DNA from: an uncultured Clostridia bacterium | GTDB lineage: Bacteria; Bacillota; Clostridia; Oscillospirales; Oscillospiraceae | Direction of reading: 5' to 3' | Assembly (NCBI GenBank): GCA_947365965.1 | Contig: CANAZG010000004.1 | Coordinates: 2,919 to 66,918, forward strand | Length of the DNA stretch: 64,000 bases | Shown: one piece after another, positions 54,040 to 64,000 of the stretch | How the letters are laid out: every line of letters begins with the position of its first letter | How positions within the stretch are numbered: position 1 is the first letter of the stretch | Translations under genes and position numbers: made by a program | Notes under the pieces: generated by a model | Database searches by the model: none | What the model saw: the letters and a program-made list of their open reading frames with translations, nothing else | What the model was told of the DNA's origin: nothing

Positions 54040-54822
54040 ATGAAGCAGCTGCTGGCCTCCTGCGCCATTGCCTTCTCCACCTACTCACGCATTCCTATGC
54101 CCCAGGTGGCGTGGAACGAAAAAAACATGCGCTACACCCTGTCCTTCTTCCCCCTGGTGGGGATGGCGGTGGGCGCAGTCTTCTGGGCCATGGACTGGCT
54201 GTGCGGCCTTCTGGAGCTGGGCCCCATTCTCCGGGCCGCCCTGCTCACGGCGGCGCCCATTGCCGTCACCGGCGGCATCCACCTGGACGGCTACTGCGAT
54301 ACCGTGGATGCTCTGGCCTCCCACGCCTCCCGGGAACGGAAGCTGGCCATTTTGAAGGACTCCAGCGCCGGGGCCTTTGCAGTCATCTGGTGCGGGGTGT
54401 GGTTTGTCCTCAATTTCGCCCTGCTGACGGAGCTGGAGAGCGTCCCCACTGCGGCGGCGGGCTTTGTGCTCAGCCGGAACCTCAGCGCCCTGGCCATTGA
54501 GCGGCTCCCCTCCGCCCGGCCCGCCACAGGGCCCCAGGCGGGCATGGGCTCCACCCTCAAGGCGGGCAGCCGCTTTCCCTGGTGGACCGCAGCGGGCTAT
54601 CTGGTCCTCTGTGCGCTGGCGGTCCTGCTGTGGGGAAACCCGGCTGCCGGACTGGCGGCCCTGGCAGCGGCGGCGGTGTTCTACCGCGTCTACCGGGCCG
54701 TGGCACTGGGCCAGTTCGGCGGGTTCACCGGCGATCTGGCGGGCTGGTTTCTCCAGGTGTGCGAGCTGTTGATCCTTGCCTCGGTGGTATTGACGGAAAG
54801 GGTGTGTGCCATATGGTTCTGA
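54040..54822 (+). CDS. cobS: Adenosylcobinamide-GDP ribazoletransferase (cobalamin synthase)
   Basis: Start moved to ATG 54040 (MKQLLASCAIAFSTYSRIPMP). Multi-TM CobS/CobV family. Confidence 0.85.
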   Translation: MKQLLASCAIAFSTYSRIPMPQVAWNEKNMRYTLSFFPLVGMAVGAVFWAMDWLCGLLELGPILRAALLTAAPIAVTGGIHLDGYCDTVDALASHASRERKLAILKDSSAGAFAVIWCGVWFVLNFALLTELESVPTAAAGFVLSRNLSALAIERLPSARPATGPQAGMGSTLKAGSRFPWWTAAGYLVLCALAVLLWGNPAAGLAALAAAAVFYRVYRAVALGQFGGFTGDLAGWFLQVCELLILASVVLTERVCAIWF

Positions 54823-55157
54823 TCGTTGGAGGCGCGGCCCAGGGCAAGCTGCGCTTTGCCCGGGAAGCGCTGGGCGTGACTGCCTGGAGCGACGGCGCGC
54901 TGGGTCCGGAGAACTGCGTCTATAACCTCCAGAGGGCTATCCGGGACCTGCCCGACCCCCGGGAGGCCATTGACAGCTGGCTTGCGGCGCACCCGGAGGG
55001 GGTGCTCATCTGCGACGAGGTGGGCTGCGGCGTCACGCCTCTGGACCGGGGGGAGCGGGAATGGCGGGAGCTGACGGGCCGGATCTGCTGTGAGCTGGCG
55101 GAGAGGGCCCAGGCGGTGTACCGGGTGCGGTGCGGACTGGGGGTGCGGCTGAAATGA
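54813..55157 (+). CDS. Short CobU/CobP-like protein (114 aa; degenerate P-loop)
   Basis: ATG 54813 overlaps the cobS end by 10 nt. MVLIVGGAAQGKL.. and C-terminal LICDEVGCGVTPLD..GRICCELAERAQAVYRV resemble the two ends of CobU. The central ~60 aa seem to be absent. Confidence 0.6.
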   Translation: MVLIVGGAAQGKLRFAREALGVTAWSDGALGPENCVYNLQRAIRDLPDPREAIDSWLAAHPEGVLICDEVGCGVTPLDRGEREWRELTGRICCELAERAQAVYRVRCGLGVRLK

Positions 55158-55705
55158 AAACCGTCCTTCTCTTTCGCCACGGCCAGACGCCGTGGAACGC
55201 CCAGCGCCGCTACATCGGCTCCACGGACCAGTCCCTGTCCCCGGAGGGCCGGGCGGCCCTGGCGGGCAGGGCTGCGCCGCCGGTGGACCGACTCTATGTG
55301 TCCCCCCTGCGCCGGTGCCGGGAGACGGCGGAGCTCCTCTACCCGGGCATGGTCCAGCAGGTGGTGGAGGATCTGCGGGAGTGCGGCTTCGGCTCCTTTG
55401 AGGGGCACACCTATAAGGAGCTGAAGGACGACCCCGCCTACCGCCGGTGGCTGGACAGCGCCGGGGAGATCCCGCCCCCCGGCGGCGAGGGGAAGGCGGA
55501 GAGCCGGGAGCGGTCCCTGAGGGCCTTTCTGTCCCTGGTGGAGGATCCGGGCAGCGCTGCCCTGGTGATCCACGGCGGGACCATCATGACCCTGATGGAG
55601 GCCCTGGAGGACAGCCGGGAGTTTTACCGCTGGCAGGTGGGCAACGGCGAGGGTCTCCGGTGCCAGTGGGACGGCAGACAGCTGATCTATCTTGGAAGAG
55701 TATAA
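55154..55705 (+). CDS. cobC: Histidine phosphatase family protein (alpha-ribazole phosphatase CobC-like)
   Basis: ATGA overlap with the upstream gene. LLFRHGQTPWN RHG motif. Confidence 0.8.
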   Translation: MKTVLLFRHGQTPWNAQRRYIGSTDQSLSPEGRAALAGRAAPPVDRLYVSPLRRCRETAELLYPGMVQQVVEDLRECGFGSFEGHTYKELKDDPAYRRWLDSAGEIPPPGGEGKAESRERSLRAFLSLVEDPGSAALVIHGGTIMTLMEALEDSREFYRWQVGNGEGLRCQWDGRQLIYLGRV

Positions 55706-55708
55706 AGC

Positions 55709-55745
55709 AGCCCCCGGAGAATTTTCTCTCCGGGGGCCTTTTCTA
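55709..55745. terminator. Bidirectional terminator at the convergence of cobC (+) and rnhA (-)
   Basis: CCCCCGGAGA / TCTCCGGGGG stem with flanking A/T runs. Confidence 0.8.
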
Positions 55746-56180
55746 TTTTAGCTTCTGCCACTCGCTGACCGCCAGCTGGTCGCATCGGTTGTTAAAGGGG
55801 TTGGTGCTGTGGCCCTTCACCCAGTGGGTGCGCACCTGGTGGACCTCGCACAGCTCCAGCAGTCTCCCCCAGAGGTCCGGGTTCAGGGCGGGCTTCTTGT
55901 CCCCCTTGACCCAGCCCTTGGCCCGCCAGCTCCTGGCCCAGCCCTTCTCCAGCGCGTCAATGACATACTTGCTGTCCGAATACAGCTCCACCACGCAGGG
56001 CTCCGTCAGCGTCTCCAGGGCGCGAATCACCCCTGTCAGCTCCATGCGGTTGTTGGTGGTGTTCCGCTCCCCACCGGAGAGCTCCTTCCGGTGCTCCCCA
56101 TATTGCAGGATCGCCCCCCAGCCGCCGGGGCCTGGGTTGCCGGAGCAGGCCCCGTCCGTATAGATCGTCACCTGCTTCAT
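55743..56180 (-). CDS. rnhA: Ribonuclease HI
   Basis: 145 aa. [17 protein letters not shown]. Its ATG overlaps the gyrA TGA (ATGA). Confidence 0.9.
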   Translation of the reverse strand: MKQVTIYTDGACSGNPGPGGWGAILQYGEHRKELSGGERNTTNNRMELTGVIRALETLTEPCVVELYSDSKYVIDALEKGWARSWRAKGWVKGDKKPALNPDLWGRLLELCEVHQVRTHWVKGHSTNPFNNRCDQLAVSEWQKLK

Positions 56181-58666
56181 ACGCTCTCGTCCTCAGGCTC
56201 CTCCGGCTCCCGGTCCGCCAGGGCAATGGAGATAACCTTGTCGTCCTCCTCCTTAAAGCGCATAACGATGACCCCCTGTGTGGACCGGCCGCAGGTCTTG
56301 ATGGTGTCCACAGCCGTGCGCAGCAGGATTCCCTTCTCGGTGAGCACCATGAGATCCTCGCTGCCGTCCACCACCTTGATGCCCACCACCTTGCCGGTCT
56401 TGTCGGTGAGGCCGTAGTTCTTGATTCCCAGTCCCCCTCTGGCGGTGATGCGGTACTCCTCCACCGGAGTCTGCTTGCCGTAGCCCTTCTCCGTGAGGGT
56501 CAGCACGGCCTTGCCGGGGATGGCCCGGGCCGCGCCCACAACGTAGTCGTCCTCCCGCAGGCGGATTCCCCGCACGCCCATGGCCTCCCGGCCCATGGAG
56601 CGCACATCCGTCTCGTGGAAGCACACCGCGGACCCGTCGTGGGTGGCGATGAGAATATTCATATCCCCGTCTGTCTCCCGGACGGAGATCAGCTCGTCCC
56701 CCTCGTCCAGCTTCAGCACCCGCAGGCCGTTGTTGCGGATGTTGCGCAGCGACTCCACCGGCAGGCGCTTCACGGTGCCGTTCCGGGTGACCATCACCAG
56801 AAAACGGTCTTCGGCGGCAACATCCCGGGTGGAGATCATGGCGCTGACGCTCTCCCCCGGCTCCACAGGCAGGATGTTGACAATATTGGTCCCCTTGGCC
56901 GTCTTTCCGGAGGATGGAATCTGGTACCCCTTCCGGCGGTAGGCCCGGCCCATGTTGGTAAAGAAGAGGACGTAGTCATGGGTGGAGGCGGTGAACACCG
57001 TGTTGACGTAGTCCTCCTCTTTGGTGGACATGGAGCGGTTGCCCTTGCCCCCCTTCCCCTGGAGGCGGTACTCGCTGGCGCTGGTGCGCTTGATGTAGCC
57101 GCCGCTGGTGAGGGTGTAGACGCACTGCTCCTCCTCAATGAGGTCTTCCACGTCCAGATCGTCCTCGTCAAAGCCGATCTCTGTCACACGGTCGTCACCG
57201 TACTTGGCGGCGATCTCCTCCAGCTCCTCCTTGAGCACGCCCCGCAGAAGGCCCTCGTCGGAGAGAAGCTTCTGGAAATAGGCGATCCGCTCCTCCAGCT
57301 CCTTGTACTCATTCTCCAGCTTCTCCCGGTCCAGGCCCTGGAGGCGGCGCAGCTGCATCTCCAGAATGGCCTGGGCCTGCACGTCGTCCAGAGAGAACCG
57401 GCTCATCAGGTTCTCCTTGGCGTCGTCGTAGCTGGTGCGGATGATGCGGATGACCTCGTCAATGTTGTCCTGGGCAATGAGCAGCCCCTCCAGCAGGTGG
57501 GCCCGCTCCTGGGCCTTACGCAGGTCGTAGCGGGTCCTGCGGAGCAGGACCTCCTCCTGGTACTTGAGATACTCGTCAATGATGTGGCGCAGGGAGAGAA
57601 TCTTGGGCTGGGACTGGTTGTCCACCAGGGCCAGCATGTTGATGGCAAAGGTGGTTTGCAGCTGGGTCTGGGCATAGAGCCGGTTGAGCACCACCTGGGC
57701 ATTGGCGTCCCGCTTGAGCTCAATGACAATACGCATCCCGTTCCGGTCCGACTCGTCCCGGATGTCGGAGATGCCCTCCAGCCGCTTATCCTCCACCTGG
57801 TCCGCCATGTTCTTGATGAGCATCCGCTTGTTGACCTGGTAGGGGATCTCCGTGACCACGATGCGGGTCCGGTTCTGGCCGAACTCCTCGAACTCCGTCC
57901 GGGCCCGGACCCGGATGTGGCCCCGGCCGGTGGCGTAGGCCTGACGGATGCCCGCCCGGCCCATGATGATGCCACAGGTTGGGAAGTCGGGACCCTTGAT
58001 GTACTCCATCAGGTCATTGAGATCCGCCTCCGGGTGGTCCAGCACGTGGACGCAGGCCCCGATCACCTCCCGCAGGTTGTGGGGGGGGATGTTGGTGGCC
58101 ATACCCACGGCGATGCCGGCGGATCCGTTGACCAGCAGGTTGGGGAACCGGCTGGGCAGGACCCTGGGCTCCTTCCGGGACTCGTCAAAGTTGGGGTCCC
58201 AGTCCACGGTGTCCTTGTCGATGTCCCGAAGCATCTCGTTGGAGAGCTTTGAGAGCCGGGCCTCGGTGTATCGGTAGGCCGCCGGGGGGTCCCCGTCCAC
58301 GGAGCCGAAGTTGCCGTGGCCGTCCACCAGCAGGTAGCGGGTGGAGAAGTCCTGGGCCAGACGGACCAGGGCGTCGTAGACCGACTGATCCCCGTGGGGG
58401 TGGTACCGGCCCAGCACGTCGCCCACGCAGGTGGCCGACTTCTTGAAGGGCTTGTCGCTGGTGAGATTGTCCTCGTACATGGCGTAGAGGATCCGGCGGT
58501 GGACCGGCTTGAGGCCGTCCCGCACGTCGGGCAGGGCCCGGCCCACGATGACCGACATGGCGTACTCAATATAGGAATTGGTCATCTCCGGCACCAGGGG
58601 AGACGCCACAATCTTCTGTTCCGGGAACCGGATCTCCTCCGGATCGTACTGTGGTTTTTTGCTCAT
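56177..58666 (-). CDS. gyrA: DNA gyrase subunit A
   Basis: 829 aa. [30 protein letters not shown] and a C-terminal beta-pinwheel. Confidence 0.95.
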   Translation of the reverse strand: MSKKPQYDPEEIRFPEQKIVASPLVPEMTNSYIEYAMSVIVGRALPDVRDGLKPVHRRILYAMYEDNLTSDKPFKKSATCVGDVLGRYHPHGDQSVYDALVRLAQDFSTRYLLVDGHGNFGSVDGDPPAAYRYTEARLSKLSNEMLRDIDKDTVDWDPNFDESRKEPRVLPSRFPNLLVNGSAGIAVGMATNIPPHNLREVIGACVHVLDHPEADLNDLMEYIKGPDFPTCGIIMGRAGIRQAYATGRGHIRVRARTEFEEFGQNRTRIVVTEIPYQVNKRMLIKNMADQVEDKRLEGISDIRDESDRNGMRIVIELKRDANAQVVLNRLYAQTQLQTTFAINMLALVDNQSQPKILSLRHIIDEYLKYQEEVLLRRTRYDLRKAQERAHLLEGLLIAQDNIDEVIRIIRTSYDDAKENLMSRFSLDDVQAQAILEMQLRRLQGLDREKLENEYKELEERIAYFQKLLSDEGLLRGVLKEELEEIAAKYGDDRVTEIGFDEDDLDVEDLIEEEQCVYTLTSGGYIKRTSASEYRLQGKGGKGNRSMSTKEEDYVNTVFTASTHDYVLFFTNMGRAYRRKGYQIPSSGKTAKGTNIVNILPVEPGESVSAMISTRDVAAEDRFLVMVTRNGTVKRLPVESLRNIRNNGLRVLKLDEGDELISVRETDGDMNILIATHDGSAVCFHETDVRSMGREAMGVRGIRLREDDYVVGAARAIPGKAVLTLTEKGYGKQTPVEEYRITARGGLGIKNYGLTDKTGKVVGIKVVDGSEDLMVLTEKGILLRTAVDTIKTCGRSTQGVIVMRFKEEDDKVISIALADREPEEPEDESV

Positions 58667-58686
58667 TATGCTTCCTCGCTTTTCGT

Positions 58687-59184
58687 CTAATCCCGTTTTT
58701 CAAACACAATGCGGCTGGAATCCAGCCCGAACTCGTCCTCCCGGGCGGCCCGGAAGCCGGCTATTCTCAGCTCATACCGGGAAATCGCCTCGTCGGCAAA
58801 CGGCGCGCCGCCCTCGTACTCCTCCGCTGTGATCTCCAGGTCCTCCCGGGGCTCTATCTCAAAGACATAGGTACCGCCTATCTCCAGCTCCTGGGCCAGA
58901 TCTCCAACCTGGAGGGTGAAGGGTCCGCTCTGGAACAGGGTGACCACCGCCACCCGTGGGGTCTCGCTGTCCAGCACATAGTCCGGGATCAGATCCCGCA
59001 CCCTGGCCGCAAAGGTCCCGCTGACGGTCACCGACAGGGCCTCCGCCCCATCAGCCTCCTCCAGCCGGGCCTGGAGCGCGTCCCGCTCCGCGCATACCCT
59101 GTCGTACTCCTCCCGGGATACGCCGCCGCAGCCCGCCAGGGCCAGCAGCAGCGCCAGCAGGGAGAGGATTAATCCGCGCTTCAT
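58687..59184 (-). CDS. Hypothetical lipoprotein between gyrB and gyrA
   Basis: 165 aa. [19 protein letters not shown] lipobox. Confidence 0.65.
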   Translation of the reverse strand: MKRGLILSLLALLLALAGCGGVSREEYDRVCAERDALQARLEEADGAEALSVTVSGTFAARVRDLIPDYVLDSETPRVAVVTLFQSGPFTLQVGDLAQELEIGGTYVFEIEPREDLEITAEEYEGGAPFADEAISRYELRIAGFRAAREDEFGLDSSRIVFEKRD

Positions 59185-59199
59185 TCCTCGTCACCCTCT

Positions 59200-61152
59200 T
59201 TAGTAGTCCAGGTTCACGGCGTACTTGGCGTTCTTCTCAATAAATTCCTTTCTGGGCTCCACCTTCTCCCCCATGAGGACCGTAAAGATGGCGTCCGCCT
59301 GGACCGCGTCGTCCAGCTCAATGCGGCGGAGGGTCCGCTTCTCCGGGTCCATGGTGGTCTCCCAGAGCTCGTGGGGGTTCATCTCGCCCAGGCCCTTGAA
59401 GCGGCTGATGTCCACCTTGGCGTTGGGGTTGTCCCCCCGGAGCTGGGAGGAGATCTGGTCCCGCTCCTCCTCCGAGAAGGCCAGACGGGTGGTCTTGCCC
59501 CGGCTGAGCTTGAAGAGGGGCGGCACGGCGGAGTAGACGTAGCCCTGCTCAATGAGTGGCCGCATGAACCGGAAGAAGAAGGTCAGGAGCAGGGTACGGA
59601 TGTGGCTGCCGTCCACGTCCGCATCGGCCATGATGATAACCTTGTGGTAGCGCAGCTTGTTGACGTCAAAGTCCTCCCCAATGCCGGCCCCCAGGGCGGT
59701 AATCACCGGCTGAAGCTTGTCGTTGCCGTACACCTTGTCCACCCGGGCCTTCTCCACGTTGAGCATCTTGCCCCACAGGGGGAGAATGGCCTGGAACCGG
59801 GAGTCCCGGCCCTGGGTGGCGGAGCCCCCTGCGGAGTCGCCCTCCACGATGTAGAGCTCCGTCAGCTCCGGGTTGTTCTCATTGCAGTCCCGCAGCTTAT
59901 CCGGCATGGCCGCGCCGCCCAGGGCGGTCTTGCGGCGGATGGACTCCTTGGCCTTCCGGGCGGCCTCCCGGGCCCGGTTGGCCATCATGGCCTTGTCCAG
60001 GATGAGCCGGGCCACCTTGGGATTCTCCTCCAGGTACTCCTCCAGCTTCTCCGACACCACAGAGGCCGTCAGGGTGCGGATGGAGGCGTTGCCCAGCTTG
60101 GCCTTTGTCTGGCCCTCGAACTGGGCGTCCGTCAGCTTCACGGAGATGACGCAGGTGATGCCCTCCCGGCAGTCCTCGCCGGAGACCTTGTCGTCCCCCT
60201 TGATGATATTGGTCTTTTTCCCGTAGGCGTTGAGGGCCGTGGTGAGGGCCCGCTTGAAGCCCTCCTCGTGCATGCCCCCCTCCGGGGTGCGCACATCGTT
60301 GGCAAAGGAGACTATGGTCTCGCTGTAGCTGTCGTTGTATTGCAGGGCCACCTCCACGGAGGAGTCGTCCTTCTGACCGGCCATGTAGACCACGTCCTCG
60401 TGGACCGGGGTCTTGTTGGCGTTAAGCCAGGTGACGTACTCCCGGATCCCCCCCTCGTAGCGCATGGAGTCGGCCTCATCCCGCCCCTCCCGTCTGTCGT
60501 AAGTGGAGATTTGCAGGCCCGCGTTCAGAAACGCCTGCTGCTGCATCCGGGTGTGGATGATGTCGTAGCTGTAGGTGGTCACGTCGAACATCTCCGGGTC
60601 CGGCTTGAAGGTGACCACGGTGCCGGTTTTCTCCGTCGTCCCCACCACCCGCATGGGCTGGGTGATCTCTCCCCGGGAGAACTTCATCTCATAGATCTGG
60701 CCGTTCTTGTGGACCTGGACCTCCAGCCACTGGCTCAAGGCGTTGACCACGCTGGCGCCCACGCCGTGGAGGCCGCCGGATACCTTGTAGCCCCCGCCGC
60801 CGAACTTGCCGCCGGCGTGGAGAACCGTAAAGACCACCTCCAGGGCGGGCAGGCCCGTCTGGGGCTGGATGTCCACGGGGATGCCCCGGCCGTTGTCGGT
60901 GACGGTGATGGTGTCGCCCTCGTTGATGGTGACGGTGATCTCATCGCAGAAGCCGGCCAGGGCTTCGTCGATGGAGTTGTCCACGATCTCGTAGACCAAG
61001 TGGTGCAGTCCCGATTCGCTGGTGGAGCCGATATACATGCCCGGCCGCTTGCGCACGGCCTCCAGGCCCTCCAGTACTTGGATCTCACTGCCGCCGTACT
61101 CGTGGGTCACCTGATTTACGGACAGCTCGCTTCTTTCCATTACTTCAGACAT
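59200..61152 (-). CDS. gyrB: DNA gyrase subunit B
   Basis: 650 aa. [24 protein letters not shown] and [10 protein letters not shown]. Confidence 0.95.
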   Translation of the reverse strand: MSEVMERSELSVNQVTHEYGGSEIQVLEGLEAVRKRPGMYIGSTSESGLHHLVYEIVDNSIDEALAGFCDEITVTINEGDTITVTDNGRGIPVDIQPQTGLPALEVVFTVLHAGGKFGGGGYKVSGGLHGVGASVVNALSQWLEVQVHKNGQIYEMKFSRGEITQPMRVVGTTEKTGTVVTFKPDPEMFDVTTYSYDIIHTRMQQQAFLNAGLQISTYDRREGRDEADSMRYEGGIREYVTWLNANKTPVHEDVVYMAGQKDDSSVEVALQYNDSYSETIVSFANDVRTPEGGMHEEGFKRALTTALNAYGKKTNIIKGDDKVSGEDCREGITCVISVKLTDAQFEGQTKAKLGNASIRTLTASVVSEKLEEYLEENPKVARLILDKAMMANRAREAARKAKESIRRKTALGGAAMPDKLRDCNENNPELTELYIVEGDSAGGSATQGRDSRFQAILPLWGKMLNVEKARVDKVYGNDKLQPVITALGAGIGEDFDVNKLRYHKVIIMADADVDGSHIRTLLLTFFFRFMRPLIEQGYVYSAVPPLFKLSRGKTTRLAFSEEERDQISSQLRGDNPNAKVDISRFKGLGEMNPHELWETTMDPEKRTLRRIELDDAVQADAIFTVLMGEKVEPRKEFIEKNAKYAVNLDY

Positions 61153-61170
61153 CTTTTCATTGACCTCCAG

Positions 61171-61446
61171 TCAGTGTGTGGGAAACATGGCGGACAGGCC
61201 CTCCAGCCGCCCCAGAAGGGTGGCCGGCGCCAGAGGGGAGATGTAGACCCGCTGCCACGATCCCGCAGGGGAGCACACCACCAGGGACTTGGGCAGGTCG
61301 CCGCCGGCGCTCACCACCATCCCTTCCTCCTCCGCCGCCCGGAGATAAGCGCGGGTGTCCCGGGCGGTGGAGGCGTTGTCCAGATCGAATATGCCAATAA
61401 TGTCGTCCGTTGGAACGGAGACATTGTTTCCTAAATGTAAATACAT
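61171..61446 (-). CDS. remB: DUF370 / RemB (YaaB)-like protein
   Basis: 91 aa. MYLHLGNNVSVPTDDIIGIFDLD resembles B. subtilis YaaB. The position between recF and gyrB is conserved. Confidence 0.8.
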   Translation of the reverse strand: MYLHLGNNVSVPTDDIIGIFDLDNASTARDTRAYLRAAEEEGMVVSAGGDLPKSLVVCSPAGSWQRVYISPLAPATLLGRLEGLSAMFPTH

Positions 61447-61590
61447 ATATTTTTTATACAGTTCGTTGTTTTTCTTGGGGAGATCCTGCCCTTTGTCCCG
61501 GGGACTGTGGCGGTCTCTGGCGGGAGCGTCTATCTGACCGGCAGCGCCGGGCGCGGACGCCGCCTGCGGGGTTACCTGCGGGACAGGCGC

Positions 61591-62700
61591 TCACCCCGGC
61601 AAAACAACCCCTCCGCTCACCCGGTAAACATTCCCCTTCAGCAGGGAGTGCAGCCGGTCCTCCTCGCAGCAGGTGATGAACACCTGCCCGCTGCCCAGGC
61701 GGTTTAATACGTATTCCTGCCGCCGGGGATCCAGCTCGCTGAGTACGTCGTCCAGAAGCAGGACAGGATACTCCCCGATAATCTCCCGGTGGATCTCCCT
61801 GGCCGCCAGCTTCATGGACAGCGCCGCCGTCCTGGTCTGCCCCTGGGAGGCAAAGGATCTGGCGCTGACGCCGTTGAGAGACACCTCCAGATCGTCTTTG
61901 TGGGGCCCGGAGAGGCACTGACGGCTGGAGATCTCCGCGCTGTAGTGGGTCCTCTGGTGCTCCAGAAGCTGCCCCACCAGCGTCCGGTGATCCCCAAAGG
62001 GATCGGTCACCGTCTTTACCGTGGTATAGGTGATCTCCAGATCCTCCCTTCCCCCGGAGCACTCCAGATGGGCCGGCGCGGCGTACTGCCCCAGCAGGCG
62101 GGCGAAGCGGGAGCGGTAGTGGATGAGCGCCGCCCCCGCCTCCGCCATGCGCAGGTTGAAGTCCGGCAGGGTGGCCATGAGATCCGGCCGCTCAGCGCAG
62201 TCCCTGAGAAGCCGGGTCTTGTGCTCGTGGAGGCGCTGGTACTCCGCCAGGGCCGCCGCGTACCGGGGCCGCAGCTGACACAGCGACGCGTCCATGAACC
62301 GCCGCCGGGCCGCCGCCCCCTCCCGGATGAGCTGGAGATCCTCCGGGGAAAAGAAGACCGTGTTCAATACGCCGCTCAGCTCCGAGGCGGACTTGGCCGG
62401 GACCTTGTTGACGCTGATCTTCTTTTTCCGCCCCGCCCCGGCCTCGATGCGGCTGATAAACGCCCGGTCCCGGGTCCGGACCGTCCCCTCCAGCAGAAAT
62501 CCTCCCTCCCCGAACCGGATCAGCTCCCGGTCCGTGCGGGTGCGGTGGGATCTGCCGCAGGAGAGGCAGACCACGGCCTCCAGCAGGTTCGTCTTCCCCT
62601 GGGCGTTCTCCCCCCAGATCACGTTGCATACGGGGTGGAAGTCCACCTTCTGGGACTGGTAGTTGCGAAAATTCTCCAGAAAGAGGCTGTCAAGGCGCAT
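61591..62700 (-). CDS. recF: DNA replication and repair protein RecF
   Basis: ORF track gives 61591..62841. Start moved to ATG 62700 (MRLDSLFLENFRNY). Walker A GENAQGKTNLLEA. Confidence 0.92.
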   Translation of the reverse strand: MRLDSLFLENFRNYQSQKVDFHPVCNVIWGENAQGKTNLLEAVVCLSCGRSHRTRTDRELIRFGEGGFLLEGTVRTRDRAFISRIEAGAGRKKKISVNKVPAKSASELSGVLNTVFFSPEDLQLIREGAAARRRFMDASLCQLRPRYAAALAEYQRLHEHKTRLLRDCAERPDLMATLPDFNLRMAEAGAALIHYRSRFARLLGQYAAPAHLECSGGREDLEITYTTVKTVTDPFGDHRTLVGQLLEHQRTHYSAEISSRQCLSGPHKDDLEVSLNGVSARSFASQGQTRTAALSMKLAAREIHREIIGEYPVLLLDDVLSELDPRRQEYVLNRLGSGQVFITCCEEDRLHSLLKGNVYRVSGGVVLPG

Positions 62701-62905
62701 AGACCACCTGGAAAGACCGGCCCTGGAAGGACGCAACGTCCCCTTCCCGCAGTTTTCTGCCCCGCTGGAGGCAGACCTCGCCGTTGACCGCCGCCTCCCC
62801 GGCCTGTATGCGGATCTTTGCCTCGCCCCCCGTGGCCGCAAGGCCTGTGAGCTTTAAGAGATCCTGTAGACGGATATACTCCGTGGTAATGGATATTGTT
62901 TCCAT
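62690..62905 (-). CDS. yaaA: S4-domain RNA-binding protein YaaA/RlbA
   Basis: 71 aa. Its end overlaps the recF start by 11 nt. The position between dnaN and recF is conserved. Confidence 0.85.
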   Translation of the reverse strand: METISITTEYIRLQDLLKLTGLAATGGEAKIRIQAGEAAVNGEVCLQRGRKLREGDVASFQGRSFQVVYAP

Positions 62906-62921
62906 ATGCAGTATTTCCCAA

Positions 62922-64000
62922 TCATCCGTTTTTCAGCCGTACCGGCAGCACCATGTAGAGGAAGCTCTCCCCCCCCTCTGTGGGGGTGATGATACAGGGG
63001 GAGATACCCGTGTTCATCTCCAGCCGGACCTCCTCTGCCGGGGCGTACTTCAGCGCGTCCAGAAGATAGCGGTTGTTGAAGCCGATCTCCAGCCCGCCGC
63101 CGTCTCCGCTGACCGTACACACGTCCTTTGCCTCGCCGTTGGCGGTTTTGGCGGACATGTAGGCCTTGTTTTCCTTGAAGATGCACCGTACGGGGCTCTT
63201 CTGCTTGTCAGAGATCACCACGCTCACCCGGTCGATGGATTCCATCATGGCCTTGGTGGAGGTGGTGATGGAGATGGGGTTGGACCGGGGGATGGCCGCC
63301 TTGTAGTCCAAAAACTCCCCCTCCAGCCGCCGGCAGATGAGCTGGGTGTTTCCCACATCAAAAAGAAGGTGCCGGTTGCCCAGGGTGATGGAGGCGGTTT
63401 CGTCGGTGTCCTCGCAGATCCGCTCCACCTCGTTGAGGGCGCTTCCTGGGGCCACGAAGCGGAAGGAGCCGCTGATGTTCTCCAGCGGTTCCCGCCGCAG
63501 GGCCAGCCGGAAGCCGTCCACACTGACCACCGTGAGGCCCTCCTCCCCGATTTCAAAGAGGGAGCCCATGTGGACAGGGCGGATCTCATCTGTTGACACG
63601 GCGAAGGAGGTCTGGGCGATCATGGAGCGGAGGGTATTCTGTTTGATTTGGATGGAGTACTGGTCCTCCACCTCCGGGAGTTCAGGATAGTCCTCTGCGG
63701 ACAGGGCGAGGATGTCGTAGGCTGCGTCGCCGCAGGTGAGTTTTACGTTGAGCGCATTGTCAGAGGAGAAGGTGACCACGTCGTCCGGCAGACGGCGGAT
63801 GATCTCCCCGAAGAGCCGGGCGGAGAGGACCAGGGAGCCGGGCTCTGTGATGTCCGCGTCCAGCCGGGTGCGGATGCCGGTCTGCATGTTGTAGCCGGAT
63901 ACGGTGAGCTGGTGGTCCGCATGGAGCAGCAGACCCTCCAGGGCGGGGATGGAGCTCTTGGCTGCCACAGTCCTGGAGGCGGTGGTGATGGCGGATTGAA
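62922..64000 (-). CDS. dnaN: DNA polymerase III beta sliding clamp (5' end beyond the window)
   Basis: Open frame to the right edge. C-terminus ..FLYMVLPVRLKNG. Typical DnaN domains. Confidence 0.92.
   Translation of the reverse strand, partial: QSAITTASRTVAAKSSIPALEGLLLHADHQLTVSGYNMQTGIRTRLDADITEPGSLVLSARLFGEIIRRLPDDVVTFSSDNALNVKLTCGDAAYDILALSAEDYPELPEVEDQYSIQIKQNTLRSMIAQTSFAVSTDEIRPVHMGSLFEIGEEGLTVVSVDGFRLALRREPLENISGSFRFVAPGSALNEVERICEDTDETASITLGNRHLLFDVGNTQLICRRLEGEFLDYKAAIPRSNPISITTSTKAMMESIDRVSVVISDKQKSPVRCIFKENKAYMSAKTANGEAKDVCTVSGDGGGLEIGFNNRYLLDALKYAPAEEVRLEMNTGISPCIITPTEGGESFLYMVLPVRLKNG

Overview
High-GC (about 60-65% by eye) Firmicutes/Clostridia-type chromosomal segment from the replication-origin neighbourhood of a spore former (spoIIE is present). 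The right end carries the classic block dnaN(partial)-yaaA-recF-remB-gyrB-gyrA on the minus strand. The rest is mostly housekeeping: soj/spo0J with three parS sites, rsmG, mscL, five aminoacyl-tRNA synthetase genes (asnS, serS, hisS, aspS, glyQS), DnaD/DnaI-type replication loaders, spoIIE, PBP1A, an LtaS-like synthase, a folate one-carbon cluster (THF riboswitch-folT-fhs ... fchA-folD-DUF1576-5-FCL), cobS/cobU-like/cobC, psuK/psuG, lysA, lrgAB and a telA/xpaC/TPM cluster. I recognised two T-box leaders and one THF riboswitch. I saw no rRNA, tRNA, CRISPR array, transposase or integrase. The most interesting content is small and intergenic. (1) Two tandem ~340-bp units each carry a 30-aa holin-like-toxin-type peptide gene and a convergent antisense sRNA, as in type I toxin-antitoxin loci; a decayed third copy lies at 1.45-1.6 kb. 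(2) A separate Fst-like 34-aa peptide and convergent sRNA module lies between asnS and lysA. (3) An AT-rich hairpin repeat family has at least 11 copies, shows compensatory stem changes, sits just after stop codons and twice forms inverted doublets. (4) A GC-rich hairpin family includes a 139-bp element with MITE-like inverted ends. (5) The parS sites are embedded in extended palindromes that look like terminators. (6) A low-GC XRE-regulator module splits the folate cluster. All family names come from motif recognition by eye, not from searches. Many long ORFs in the six-frame track are antisense shadows of GC-rich genes.
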